Assembly (NCBI RefSeq): GCF_009914755.1
Contig: NC_060931.1
Length of the DNA stretch: 64,000 nucleotides
Origin: the human T2T-CHM13v2.0 reference genome, Homo sapiens
Strand: one strand, 5' to 3'
Within the stretch, counting starts at the first letter, position 1; each line of letters starts with the position of its first letter. Position numbers and translations under genes: made by a program. The notes under the pieces are model-generated. The model ran no database searches. It was not told the DNA's origin and saw nothing but the letters and a program-made list of their open reading frames with translations. Positions 62,310 through 64,000 of the stretch are shown in pieces.

Positions 62310-62615
62310 GACAGTACATTTTAAGAGTTTAGAGAGTACTGAAAAGGTGATTTTTCCCCCTATAACTTTATTTTCTTTTCCTCTTGATGTGACTTGTACA
62401 TAGAGCAATGAATGAAAGTCTCCTTTAACCCAAACAAAGAAAATGTAAAAAATAACAGAGAACTTTAATTTCTATATTGAAAAGTCCTACCACGTATCTG
62501 AAAAAATTGACTTTCAGTGATTATTGCAGTCCCTTGCATTTCTTTGTCCCTGTCTATGTCTTCTTTATCCTCTGTAGTTTCCACTTTATAAAAGTGGGTA
62601 TTTTGCTACTTGGCA

Positions 62616-62631
62616 TAGATCGATGATAGAT

Positions 62632-62659
<28 letters not shown>
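62616..62659. repeat. (GATA)n tetranucleotide STR
   Basis: Read directly from the sequence. Confidence 0.95.
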
Positions 62660-62662
<3 letters not shown>

Positions 62663-63102
62663 AATAGAGATAAAGAGACAAATAACTTACATATACATAA
62701 TTATTAAATCTTTATGTCTTTATTGTAAATTATGACTTTTAGTGTTTAAACATGGCCTAAATTTTAGGTTTCATCATTTTTTAATTGAATTTTACTTGGC
62801 TGATATGAAGATTGCAATCTGTGATTTTATGTTACTTCTATTTCCTTGATATACTTCTGTATTTTTCTTTAGTGTAACCCAGAGCTCACATACAAGTTCT
62901 CTTATGTAGCATCCAGCCTTAATGGCTTCTCTCAATCTCTCTCACTGACTCTTACCCCCAATTCATTAACTTCCAATTTTATGCAGAGTAATTTGCTCCA
63001 CTTTAAACTTTGATCCCAAACTTTCATATTCAAATCTTCAAAGAGGTCAGATTAAACAAACCCTCCAGTTGTTAAGACACATTCTCCTTAGAGTATGACA
63101 GT

Positions 63103-63140
63103 ACACACACACACGCGCACACACACACACACACACACAC
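63103..63140. repeat. (CA)n microsatellite with a CG interruption
   Basis: Read directly from the sequence. Confidence 0.95.
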
Positions 63141-64000
63141 CAGGAGGGTTTGGCAGACTGAAAACTCATAGGTGTGAGCCTATAAAATTGAAGCAATAGT
63201 GTTACACCAAGAGAAATGTACAGGTCATACAGAATAGTCTTTTATAGGGAGGTAAAGACATGTATATTCATACTTAATCATGCTGTTTCAGATGCCAGGG
63301 AGGCCTGCTATCTAAAATATGAAGTTTTAAAAAGAATAAGAGAACTAGAAATGCTGGGCAAAAGTTCAGAAATCTTAATATGTCAATTTTATACCTACAA
63401 AAAAAGCTAAACTATAAAGTCTGTATGATTTTGGGCAAAATTTCAGTAGGAATTAATTATGAAGGATTTGAGTTTCTTTAATAAAAGTCAAATTAGTATT
63501 GACTTTATGTTTGTAATGCAGAAATTATTTCTTTTTTATCATCACTTTCATTTCCATATCATGAAGTCGCAAGTGAACTAACTCTATGTGGAATTGAAAG
63601 TAATGTTCTAAAGTATGTAAACTTTAGAGAGTCTGAGTCATCTTCTATTGTGCTGATTTTCAGCTAGTCTGTCATTTTTATATTGTTGCTAAGTGCTTTT
63701 CCATCTAATTGCATAGGGACTGATTTGTTTAGCAACCTCTGTTTAGAGTCAGGCTTTGTTCTCTTCACTGTGGACACCATTCTGGCATTGTTTTCCTGTT
63801 TCCATTGTTTCTCAGAGCATATTTTAACACAAACATTTTGTGATTCAATTATCCTTCCCTCACCCCTCCCATATGTAAGCCAGAGTACCCTTTGGCTCTA
63901 AATATATGCTTGTAACAGCTGCTTTGCAATGTTCATTGCAAAAGAGACAAAGAGAGCCCAAACAGCTATGTTACTAAACCGTACACATAAAATAGTCATA

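Overview
AT-rich primate (human/great-ape-like) genomic DNA with no recognisable host protein-coding exon; it reads as a gene desert or a large intron packed with interspersed repeats. The main feature is a ~5.2 kb L1PA2-type LINE-1 (4621-9781) inserted by twin priming. Its 3 kb inverted 5' segment leaves ORF1 and the EN-containing N-half of ORF2 open on +, and the C-half of ORF2 open on -, pointing away from each other. The RT motif is mutated (FADD>FAED) and the L1 promoter is absent. The window also holds a two-LTR non-autonomous ERV1 (MER83/MER61-like) with a tRNA-Pro PBS and splice donor, a full-length Tigger1 nested in an MLT1 LTR, a full-length U3 snoRNA retrocopy with a T-rich 3' extension, 11 Alu-family copies, several solo LTRs, and old L1M/HAL1/L2/MIR fossils. 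Several fold-back or templated-insertion scars (26968-27028, 34285-34334, 54632-54651, 55442-55499) and palindromic AT-rich arrays are visible. I see no convincing novel biological system; the split but fully open L1 cassette is the best lead. Subfamily names come from recalled consensus sequences, not from a search.
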